Part shown: positions 36,708 through 45,606 of the stretch, one piece after another | Layout of the letters: each line of letters begins with the position of its first letter | Numbering within the stretch: the first letter of the stretch is position 1 | IMG/VR virus record: IMGVR_UViG_3300025117_000050 | Span: 1 to 64,000 of that record | DNA from: a virus | Strand: one strand, 5' to 3' | DNA: 64,000 nucleotides | Position numbers and translations under genes: made by a program | Notes under the pieces: model-generated | Told to the model about the DNA's origin: nothing | Databases searched by the model: none | The model's input: only the letters and a program-made list of their open reading frames with translations

Positions 36708-38951
36708 ATATATGTTAGTTGAATTCAAAGCATGTAAAGATTGCTTATGTATATCTTGTTATTGTGTATATGATTGTCCAAAAGTAAAAGGATTAGCATG
36801 TGTAGAATGTAGTGGCAATCCACCAAAATTAGCAGAAGAATGTAAATATTATGAGGAAGGTTCATAAGTATAAATTAAATATAATCAGAAGGAGAAAATA
36901 AAATATAAATTGAGATATATTAAATTAAAATGTGAACAATATGATTGCAAAGCAGAATTTTTAATAGAATTAAATGATTGGTATAATAAAGAATATGAAG
37001 AAATAGTTCAAGATTTTTATATCTGTCCTATTTGTAATTCTTTAGTTCATTCAAATAAAGAAGATTGTATTATTGAAATTAAATCATTATAAAACAGAAT
37101 CTATTTAAAAAAATATAAATTAGCCGAAAGGAGTAATTATATATGGATAGACTGACAAAAAGAACACCAAAAGGAATTGCATACATGGCTATCGCAGACA
37201 CATTACCTAAAATAGAGCAAGAAATAGAAGGTTCAAAACCGATACTTGAAGAATTGTATGCAATGTTTCAAAAATTAGCAGATTATGAGGATAGAGACAC
37301 TTCACAAAAACCAAGAGAGCATTATAATTGGGGTGATTTCTCAGATAAAGAAGAATATTCACATTGGTTTTGTGGTAAATGTGGTTGGGAATTGGATGAA
37401 GATAAAAACTTCTGTAGTGAATGTGGACAAAGGATTGATTGGAGTTATACAAATAAAATTTAACAAAAAGTTCATTTGGTTTTAATTTTAAATAAAAAGG
37501 AGAGAAATAATATGGCGGATAAATCAATTTTCAAATGTCCTAAATGTGGTAAAAAATTTATTAGAGATTTGCATTATAATACAATAGTTGGTATGCAAAA
37601 TCTTATAAGTATTTCTTCTGATGGAGATGGAATTGAAGATATGTGTATGTGTTGTGGTTATATCGTTGTAAACAAAGATGTGGAGGATAAATAATAAATG
37701 AAAATGAATCCATTTAAGTTATATATGATTATGATAGGTTGTTTTATGATGGGTGTTTCCACTGGTATATCAATAGGAATAATTATCAAATAGGACTTTC
37801 ATCACGATTTTAGAAAGGAGTAAATTTTATGAATAATAATATTACTAAAGATATTAAATATCTAATTTTTAAACTTAATTGCGCAGAAGAAGACCAAAAC
37901 TGGAGTTTGGTTATAGATGTAAGGGTGGAATTGGAAATGTTGATTGATAAAATTAATAAAGGAGAAGGAGAATAATAATGTTAAAAATTAAATATTATTG
38001 TGGACTAAGTTTAGATTTAAATCAAGAAAAAGAATGTGAGAGTCAAGGGATAATAGAATTGGATGACGATGATATTGAAGAGTATCATGAAGGATTTTAT
38101 AGTATGGTATGTCCTTCATGTAAAAGAGAATTATATCAGTCAGAGGATCATTTTGAATTTATTGATGGAATGGAAGGAGAATAACCATGACAACTAAATT
38201 GTTATTAGAATTTACATTTGTAATATTCTTATTGCAAGTATATAAAACTAAATCATACTTCACACCATTAAAAATTAAGCAAGAAAAATTTGATAGTAAT
38301 AGAGAAAATGTAGAAAAGTTTATAAATAAGAAAATATTAAATAAGATATTTATAATATTATCAATGTTATATGGCTCAATATATTTTACCTTCTACATAA
38401 TTGGAATAGAATTATTTAAAGAGACAAATTTAGTAGTATTTCCTATATTGATGATTGGATTGTTAACATATGATATTGTTAAAACTTTGTTAGAATTTAA
38501 AAGTGGTATGTTGTGGAATAGTATAATAGATAAATTAGAACATCCAATGACTACAGCATACTTGTTATATTTTGTTTATTATGTTTTGAGATAGGATTAT
38601 AATTAGAAAAAGGAGATAAAAATATGAAACGATTTAAATGCAAAGTAGAAAGAGTAAATGAATACATAATTGAGTTTGATGAAAATATATTAAATGAGGA
38701 ATGGATGGAATACTTTAGAAGTGTATTTTTTAATTATCATGAATTGGATGAACATGCTGAACATATAGCACAAATGAGAGCGAGATTTAAAAAAAGTTTT
38801 ATTGAAGGTTATGGTGTGCCGTTGATTGATGGTAAAGTATCATATTTTGCTAATGAAAAGAGTGTTAATAAAGCAATTAATATTATTATTGTAAGTGAAG
38901 ATGAAGATTATGAAGTAGATGTAGAAGAGATTATTTAAAGGAGATTAAATT

Positions 38952-39464
38952 ATGAACTTATTATTCAGTTCAGATATGCACTATTATCATAAAAATCTAT
39001 CAATACACAGAGGATTTAATTCAATAGAAGAGATGAACGAGTTGATGATTGATAATCACAATGAAAAAGTTACTAAGAATGATCATATTTATATTCTAGG
39101 TGATTTTTCATTTGGTACAGTTGAACAAACATTAAAAATATTAGATAGGTTAAATGGAAATAAATATTTAATTATTGGAAATCACGATGAAAAAATGTTA
39201 AAGAGCAGAGAAGTGGTTAGTAAATTTGCATGGGTTAAAGATTATTATAAGTTAAAACATAATGGATTGAAAATTATATTATCACATTATCCATTTTATA
39301 GATGGGATTGTAGTCATTATGAATCGTTGATGTTTTATGGGCATATTCATGATCAAAAATTAGATATTGAGATTAAGAATTCTTATAATGTAGGTGTTGA
39401 TGTTAATGATTATGAACCTGTGAGTTTGGAGGAGATATTAGGGAAGATTGATTATAAAAAATAA
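38952..39464 (+). CDS. calcineurin-like metallophosphoesterase
   Basis: SDMH, LGDF, GNHD, SHYP and GHIH motifs. Confidence 0.9.
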   Translation: MNLLFSSDMHYYHKNLSIHRGFNSIEEMNELMIDNHNEKVTKNDHIYILGDFSFGTVEQTLKILDRLNGNKYLIIGNHDEKMLKSREVVSKFAWVKDYYKLKHNGLKIILSHYPFYRWDCSHYESLMFYGHIHDQKLDIEIKNSYNVGVDVNDYEPVSLEEILGKIDYKK

Positions 39465-39587
39465 TTACAAAAATTAACATAATATTAATATAAAAAATGA
39501 TTGCATAGGACGAACTCTGGTTATAATATATATTATAAAGCACTATAGAAGTGTTACAAAAGTGTAAAATAATATATATTATAAGGA

Positions 39588-40037
39588 GTGATTTTAATGA
39601 TTATTAAAACTCAAACTGCTAATGCTGTTAATGCTCAATGTTATAGGAAAGAGGAAGAGGTTGATTGGAGGTCGTGGTGTCCTAAACGTGGAGAGATTTA
39701 TTTGTGTCAGTTAGGAAATGAAGGTTTATTATATTCAGAAATTAAGGGTTATCGTCCAGTTTTAATAGCATCAAATGATATAGCGAACAGGCATAGCCCA
39801 GTAGTTACTATAATTCCATTAACTTCCAGTCAAATAAAAAATAACTTACCTGTTCATGTTAAAGTAGGGGTAGAAGAAGGGTTGCGAAATTTGAGTTTAA
39901 TTTGTTGCGAGCAGACTAAAACTGTGTCAAAAAATAGAATGTTTATAAACGGTAGTTTAGTTAAAATATGCAAATTAAGTAATGAATTAATGTGTAAAGT
40001 GGACAACGCATTAAAAATACAATTCGGATTAGTTTAA
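39588..40037 (+). CDS. mazF: MazF/PemK (NdoA-like) endoribonuclease, orphan
   Basis: KRGEIY..L..SE..GYRPVLI.SND..N..SP.V..IPLTS...LP.HV...EQ..TVSK.R...KVDNALKIQFGL; catalytic Arg and Thr present. Confidence 0.92.
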   Translation: MILMIIKTQTANAVNAQCYRKEEEVDWRSWCPKRGEIYLCQLGNEGLLYSEIKGYRPVLIASNDIANRHSPVVTIIPLTSSQIKNNLPVHVKVGVEEGLRNLSLICCEQTKTVSKNRMFINGSLVKICKLSNELMCKVDNALKIQFGLV

Positions 40038-40184
40038 TTAAAATAGTGTGGTTAGAATGTTAATATAATTATACATATTAATAAAAGGATGTGATGTTAT
40101 TTGATTGTGTGAAAATTTATAAAGTATTGTGTTTTTAGTTTATTGGTTTGGATTGAAATAATAAAATATTAAAGGAGGATAAAT

Positions 40185-41543
40185 TTGTTAGTTAAAAATC
40201 AAAAAGTTAAAGTTAAATGGAATGGAGCACATAGAAAATATTATGAAGAAAAAGGTTATCCATTTACTAATTATGGTGATGAATTAGAGATAGACATAAA
40301 AGATTTAGCACCAAAAAGTCAAAAATATGTTTTAGTTAGTTGTGATTATTGCGGTATACCATTTATGAGGAGGTATTGTAATTACAATACAAGAAAAGAA
40401 AAATACGGTAAAGATGATAAAGATTGTTGTGATGATTGCAGAGTACATAAAAGAGAAGAAACATGTTTAGATAAATATGGTTTTAAAAATGCTGTTCAAG
40501 TAGAAGAAATACAAAATAAAATAAAAGAAACTATTAAGGAAAAATATGGAGTAGAATATATATCTCAAGTAGAAGAAATTAAAAATAAAAAGAAACAAAC
40601 TTGTTTAGATAGATATGGAGTAGAATATACCTTGCAAGTTCCAGAGATTAGAGAAATGATTATAGAAACTAATATAAATAAATATGGAGTTGAAAATCCA
40701 TTTCAAAATGAAGAAATTAAAGAAAAAATCAGACAAGTCAATATGGATAAATATGGTGTAGAATATCCAATGCAATTACCTGAAATAAGAGAAAAAAGTC
40801 AAGAAACAACTTTTAAAAATCTTGGTGTTAAATATGCTATGCAATCTTATAAAACACAAGAAAAAAATAAACAATCTATTCAAGATAAATACGGATATAC
40901 AAATATTTTTCAGATACCAGAGATAAAAGAAAAAATAAAGAAAATTAATATTAAAAAATATGGAGCGGAAAATCCTTTAAATAATAAAGAAATTAGAGAA
41001 AAAGCTAATAAAACTATAAAAGATAAATATGGTGTTGATAATGTTTCACAGAATCCAGAAATACAAGCAAAAATTAGACGTTCATTTTATAAAAATGGTA
41101 CTACTCCTACTTCAATTCAACAAAGATATATTTGTTTTTTAGTAAACGGTAAATTAAATTTTCCTATTGGAAGAACAAATGCAGATATATTGATAAATAA
41201 TAATATAATTATTGAATATGATGGTGGTGGACATAATCTAAGTGTAAAAATAGGAAATATAACGCAAGATCAATTTAATAGAAAAGAAATTAAAAAATAT
41301 TATTTTTTAAAAAGTAAAGGATATAAGATTATTAGAATTGTATCTGCTAAAGATAATTTACCTAAAGAAGAGAAAAGATTAATTGATGCTATAAATATAG
41401 CAATTGATTATTTAAATCAAAATCATTCTTGGTTTGAAATAAATATTGATGATGGAAAATTAAGATGTATTTGTTATGAAAAAGATTATAATTTTGGAGA
41501 ATTAAGAAGAGGAACAAAAGAAAATTTAGCTATAAATACATAA
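40185..41543 (+). CDS. putative homing endonuclease: Zn-ribbon, ~23-aa KYGV repeats and a PD-(D/E)xK/DUF559-like C-terminus
   Basis: About nine KYGVE.P.Q..EI..K repeats; ADILI...IEYDGGGH. Confidence 0.7.
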   Translation: MLVKNQKVKVKWNGAHRKYYEEKGYPFTNYGDELEIDIKDLAPKSQKYVLVSCDYCGIPFMRRYCNYNTRKEKYGKDDKDCCDDCRVHKREETCLDKYGFKNAVQVEEIQNKIKETIKEKYGVEYISQVEEIKNKKKQTCLDRYGVEYTLQVPEIREMIIETNINKYGVENPFQNEEIKEKIRQVNMDKYGVEYPMQLPEIREKSQETTFKNLGVKYAMQSYKTQEKNKQSIQDKYGYTNIFQIPEIKEKIKKINIKKYGAENPLNNKEIREKANKTIKDKYGVDNVSQNPEIQAKIRRSFYKNGTTPTSIQQRYICFLVNGKLNFPIGRTNADILINNNIIIEYDGGGHNLSVKIGNITQDQFNRKEIKKYYFLKSKGYKIIRIVSAKDNLPKEEKRLIDAINIAIDYLNQNHSWFEINIDDGKLRCICYEKDYNFGELRRGTKENLAINT

Positions 41544-41582
41544 ATATTATATATTAAAAATAAAAGGAGGATTATATATTTA

Positions 41583-42176
41583 TTGATTGAATTTATTATA
41601 GGAGCATTTTTATATGCTAAATTTAAAAAAGGTTATAAGTTAAAATACATATTTAAATACCCATACATATTTGCGATAATACCACCTTTATTATGTGTTT
41701 TACTATACATATATTTAGAATATTGTGTTTTTAATCAGCAATATTGGTTTTTCCCTTATCAACATATAATAAAGACTACAACGCTTATAAGTTATGTTCC
41801 GTTGATTTATATATATAATTTATATTATAATGATATATATGAAAATGATACATTAAAATCATTTTTAACATCTCCTGCTAGTAAAACTACATTTTGTTTA
41901 GGATTAGGCTCATTTTTAAACTATATGGCAATTATCTCTAACAATATGAAAATGCCAGTATTTCCCAGTAATTGTTATTGGACTGGTTATATTAAACCTG
42001 AATTCATTAATGATGGTTTACATGTGCTAGGTGATGCTTATACTAAAGCAATCCCCTTATGCGATTGGATCGATTTTGGAATATATGTAGCTAGTCCAGG
42101 TGATATATTAATAAGATCATTTGCATTTTTAATTATTTATCATTCTATAAAAAATTCTAATAAAATGATAAAATAA
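41583..42176 (+). CDS. DUF5317-family membrane protein
   Basis: G.FLN...I.SN..KMPV...H.....TK...L.D.I.....SPGDILI. Confidence 0.75.
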   Translation: MIEFIIGAFLYAKFKKGYKLKYIFKYPYIFAIIPPLLCVLLYIYLEYCVFNQQYWFFPYQHIIKTTTLISYVPLIYIYNLYYNDIYENDTLKSFLTSPASKTTFCLGLGSFLNYMAIISNNMKMPVFPSNCYWTGYIKPEFINDGLHVLGDAYTKAIPLCDWIDFGIYVASPGDILIRSFAFLIIYHSIKNSNKMIK

Positions 42177-42208
42177 TTGTTGACACATAATTAACTCTGT
42201 GGTAATAT
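42164..42208 (+). promoter_or_regulatory. sigma-A promoter of the receptor-agrD operon, with the 18-bp element
   Basis: AATGATAAAATAATTGTT, then TTGACA(42180)-17-TAATAT(42203). Confidence 0.7.
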
Positions 42209-42244
42209 ATAAATAGAAAAAGTTGCTAAGGAGTTGATAGAGAA

Positions 42245-43039
42245 ATGATACATGATATTACAAATGCTTTGTTAAATTTTTTACTTGTAAGTGTTTTGGA
42301 GGAGTTTGTATGGTTGTTAATAACCATAATATTATTAAAAAGATTTGATTTGCTTGATAGATATAGATGGAAAGAGAGTATGCGAGAATTTTTAATACCT
42401 ATCTTACCAACTGCACTTTATATCAATTTATCTAGATATGTTTTACATATGCCTAGAATAATAATATTATTTGGATGTATATTTATATTTTATGGTTTGA
42501 CATTATATATAATAAAGAAAAATTCATTTATAGATGAAAAATTACCATATTTAAAAATATTAATGTTTGTATTTATAGGTATTCTTATTATAGGAATAAC
42601 AGAATTGATTTATATGCCAATAATTTTATATATTATACAACAACCAGTAACAATAATGAATCAAAATATTTTAATGAATTTTGCATTTTCAATACCATCT
42701 AGAATATTTCAAATATTATTAATTCTTGCATTAATTTATAAATATAATGAAATTAAATTATTCAGCAATATAATAAAAGATAAAGTATTATTAATTATTA
42801 CAGTGTTGTTTTTAAGTATTATATTGCTAATAGTATTTATTACAACAAAAATTATTCATAGTTATTGTTTAATTTTAAACTTTTCTTTATATTCACAAAT
42901 ATTAATTGGAATTAGCATAACAACAATTATAACATTAATAATATTTTTTTATCTTATTCCAATTAATTATTTAATAAATAAAATGTTTTTACTTAACAAA
43001 TCACATCAAAATATGTTTGATGATGATTATATAGATTAA
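42245..43039 (+). CDS. polytopic membrane protein, putative AIP receptor (AgrC-sensor-like, no kinase domain)
   Basis: About 7 hydrophobic segments, only a ~20-aa C-terminal tail, no H-box or GHKL motifs; directly upstream of agrD. Confidence 0.6.
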   Translation: MIHDITNALLNFLLVSVLEEFVWLLITIILLKRFDLLDRYRWKESMREFLIPILPTALYINLSRYVLHMPRIIILFGCIFIFYGLTLYIIKKNSFIDEKLPYLKILMFVFIGILIIGITELIYMPIILYIIQQPVTIMNQNILMNFAFSIPSRIFQILLILALIYKYNEIKLFSNIIKDKVLLIITVLFLSIILLIVFITTKIIHSYCLILNFSLYSQILIGISITTIITLIIFFYLIPINYLINKMFLLNKSHQNMFDDDYID

Positions 43040-43060
43040 AATAGAAAGGAGGGAAATTTC

Positions 43061-43180
43061 ATGAAAAAGTTTGCAATTATTACTTCTTTAATTGGTATTA
43101 TCGGCATTATCTGTGCAAATTGTATTAATTCTGCTTGGACATTTAACCAACCGAAAGCACCATCTATGTTAGTTAAGTAA
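43061..43180 (+). CDS. agrD: AgrD-type cyclic lactone autoinducer peptide precursor (39 aa, not in ORF track)
   Basis: SD AAGGAGG; MKKFAIITSLIGIIGIICANCINSAWTFNQPKAPSMLVK = hydrophobic leader, S-A-W-T-F core, NQPKAP follower typical of clostridial AgrD. Confidence 0.88.
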   Translation: MKKFAIITSLIGIIGIICANCINSAWTFNQPKAPSMLVK

Positions 43181-43197
43181 TTTATAACTACATAGAA

Positions 43198-43237
43198 TAT
43201 TTATAGTAGAGGATGATTGTTTTCTCTACTATAAATA
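43198..43237. terminator. hairpin terminator after agrD
   Basis: TATTTATAGTAGAG / CTCTACTATAAATA. Confidence 0.7.
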
Positions 43238-43257
43238 CAAAAAATAAATATAAATAC

Positions 43258-43286
43258 TTGTATTCTGGAGGATAGTATGGTAAAAT
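43258..43286 (+). promoter_or_regulatory. sigma-A promoter for the HTH-mazF / ORF / agrB unit
   Basis: TTGTAT-17-TAAAAT with extended TG. Confidence 0.6.
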
Positions 43287-43332
43287 AATAGATGTAATAT
43301 ATATAAAATATTAAATTGAGGAGTGATTAATA

Positions 43333-44229
43333 ATGTCAATATTATTTGGTAAGAAGAATGTATTAAAACCTACTTCTACAAATTCTATTTCTGAAATAAC
43401 AAAGAAAGAGTTAGCTTACAATATAAGAGTTGCCGTAGGTCATCGAAGTATTACTCAAGTCTGTAATATATTAAAAATGGTCGATCCAAAACCATTAGTT
43501 GACTTAATAAAAATGAATTATAATGAATTACCTGATAGACAATTACTTAGAAAAATTGCATCTGCAAGCGAAGGTAGGGTTTCTTATCAAAACCTTTATT
43601 CTGTCTGCGGTTATTCCGAATTTGATTCTGAAGAAGATCGTAGTTGGGCAAAGTGGGTTCCTGAACGTGGTAGTTGTTATATGATTGATTTAGGATGGAA
43701 TATGGATAGTGAGCAAAATTCTGTGCGTCCGGCAATAGTGATGCAAAACAACAAAGGCAATCAATACTCAGGAACAACCGTTATTATCCCTATATCTTCT
43801 CGTTCTAAAAAATTTTCTTCACAGATTCATGTATTATTAGAAAAAGAATTAGGATTTTTACGGGAATGTCAATGTTTTCCAGAACAAATTCGCTGTGTTT
43901 CAAAAAGGAGGTTCTTCTATAATTCTGTACCTTATAAAATCACTACTTTACCAGAACATAAATTATTAGAAATCAAAAACGCACTTGAGTTTGAACTAGG
44001 TTTTGAGCCTTTATATTTTGACGAAGAAAAAATATTTAAATTAATTTCTCATATTCGTTCTTTAGAAAATAATATTAAAATCAAAAAATCACATAATCTA
44101 ATTGATATATTAAATCAAAAAATGGATGATCTAAAAGAATACTGTTCAAAATATCATAAGAATCACAAGATTATCTTACAAGAATACGATAGAATCAACA
44201 ATTGCGGTTACAATGCAGTATCCATATAA
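43333..44229 (+). CDS. XRE-like HTH-MazF/PemK fusion with C-terminal helical extension
   Basis: N-terminal ELA..IR.AVG.RSI......P....LRKIA.AS...VSY..L...CGY; middle ERGSCY.IDL....SEQ..VRPAIV.QN..GN.YS....IPISS..IHV...EQIR.VSK.R. Confidence 0.85.
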   Translation: MSILFGKKNVLKPTSTNSISEITKKELAYNIRVAVGHRSITQVCNILKMVDPKPLVDLIKMNYNELPDRQLLRKIASASEGRVSYQNLYSVCGYSEFDSEEDRSWAKWVPERGSCYMIDLGWNMDSEQNSVRPAIVMQNNKGNQYSGTTVIIPISSRSKKFSSQIHVLLEKELGFLRECQCFPEQIRCVSKRRFFYNSVPYKITTLPEHKLLEIKNALEFELGFEPLYFDEEKIFKLISHIRSLENNIKIKKSHNLIDILNQKMDDLKEYCSKYHKNHKIILQEYDRINNCGYNAVSI

Positions 44230-44291
44230 AACAACAAATCCAACCAAAATAAACAAATAAAACTAAAACAAAAAAAAGGAGATCAATTAAA

Positions 44292-44633
44292 ATGATAATC
44301 TTTGATGAAAAACAATTAAAATACTTATTTAATAAATACAAAATAAGATATAAAATATTTGAAGAAACAAATATTCTACTTATAGATAGTGGTCTTGATG
44401 AGTGGTTAATCAAGTATCAACATGGAAGAGATCAACCATATTGCCTTATGCACAAAAATAAATTAAAACAAACTAAAAGGTTCCATGTGCAGAGATGGTT
44501 GTCAAATTTTTATCAATCACTTGATAGTCTATTGTCACATAAAAATATTTTTGTAGATCATTCAAGTTCAAAAAATACATATAAAAAATATAGAAATAAT
44601 AAAATAAATAATAAAAGGAGAAAAAGTTGTTAA
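44292..44633 (+). CDS. hypothetical protein overlapping the agrB start
   Basis: SD AAGGAG; overlaps the agrB start by 7 nt. Confidence 0.6.
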   Translation: MIIFDEKQLKYLFNKYKIRYKIFEETNILLIDSGLDEWLIKYQHGRDQPYCLMHKNKLKQTKRFHVQRWLSNFYQSLDSLLSHKNIFVDHSSSKNTYKKYRNNKINNKRRKSC

Positions 44634-45421
44634 AATATATAAAAAACTACATAATAACATTTCGTTATATCAAACTATTCTCATATTGGAATGCAAGATA
44701 TTTGCATAACAAACTAAAAGAAGAAAGAATTAGAGAATCACAAAACTTACATAATCCACATAAAGAAAAACATAAATATTATTATATATTGCAAATGATA
44801 ATTAAAAAATTATTTCAAATAATTAATAAAATAATTTCTTTAACTCCATTAGGAAGAAAACTATCATCGTACATAACTGAAAAATATTCACAATATAAAC
44901 AGAAAGAGAAAAAACCTAAAAAAATATACAACAGATACACCTACTATTATGGTCTTCAAATAATCATCGGAGGCATAAATAAATTCCTTCTACTAATCAT
45001 ACCAGGCTTACTATTTAACATCTTGCCGCAACTATTACTAACCACGTTATCATTTGTATCACTAAGAATATGGACTGGTGGTCTGCACTACAATTCTTAT
45101 ACCAAATGCAGCTACATATCACTATTATCCTTCACACTCACAGCACTACTATCAAAATACATCATATTAAATCAATTTATCACTATGTCAATATTTCTAT
45201 CTGTATTTATATTAATTTTAATCTATGCCCCTGTAGAACATCCAAACAGACCAATAAAAGAAAAAGAAAAAATTAAATACAAATTAATCGCATTATTTGT
45301 ATTAAGCACCTTAACTATTATCTATATGTTTACAAATAATGTTATTATCTGTAATTCTATTATATATGGGATATTATTAGCAGGTATAATTATGTTACCA
45401 ATTATAAATAAACTAAGATAA
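44627..45421 (+). CDS. agrB: AgrB accessory gene regulator B (peptide-processing membrane protease)
   Basis: LRIWTGGLH...YTKC (catalytic His/Cys) and IYAPVEHPNRP motifs. Confidence 0.93.
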   Translation: MLKYIKNYIITFRYIKLFSYWNARYLHNKLKEERIRESQNLHNPHKEKHKYYYILQMIIKKLFQIINKIISLTPLGRKLSSYITEKYSQYKQKEKKPKKIYNRYTYYYGLQIIIGGINKFLLLIIPGLLFNILPQLLLTTLSFVSLRIWTGGLHYNSYTKCSYISLLSFTLTALLSKYIILNQFITMSIFLSVFILILIYAPVEHPNRPIKEKEKIKYKLIALFVLSTLTIIYMFTNNVIICNSIIYGILLAGIIMLPIINKLR

Positions 45422-45552
45422 TTATTAACATAATTTCGTAAATGGTCGATAAATGTCGGTAGGTGCGTATTGTTAATATGCTAAATATTATATAGAATAA
45501 TAGTATTAAAACATATTAATCACAAATTAAATTAAAATATGAATTTAGGCTA

Positions 45553-45606
45553 TTGTTTTTTTATTATTAAGGTATTATAATAGAACAAATATACAAACAA
45601 ATGTTC
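45553..45606 (+). promoter_or_regulatory. sigma-A promoter with a downstream LexA-box-like site
   Basis: TTGTTT-17-TATAAT(45576); AAAC-AAAT-GTTC at 45595-45606. Confidence 0.45.

Noticed and set aside
40460-41080. CRISPR-like periodic repeats (AAATATGG...)
   Set aside because: They are degenerate in-frame protein repeats within an ORF, with no constant repeat/unique spacer pattern
39588-44229. Classical mazEF toxin-antitoxin addiction modules
   Set aside because: No upstream RHH/AbrB antitoxin at either mazF; the AbrB-like gene is 19 kb away and lacks a neutralising tail
45070-45276. 68-aa alternative-frame ORF inside agrB
   Set aside because: No SD; probably a by-product of the C-rich codon usage
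45436-45468. Spo0A boxes downstream of agrB
   Set aside because: GGTCGAT and TGTCGGT each deviate from TGNCGAA; too weak to call
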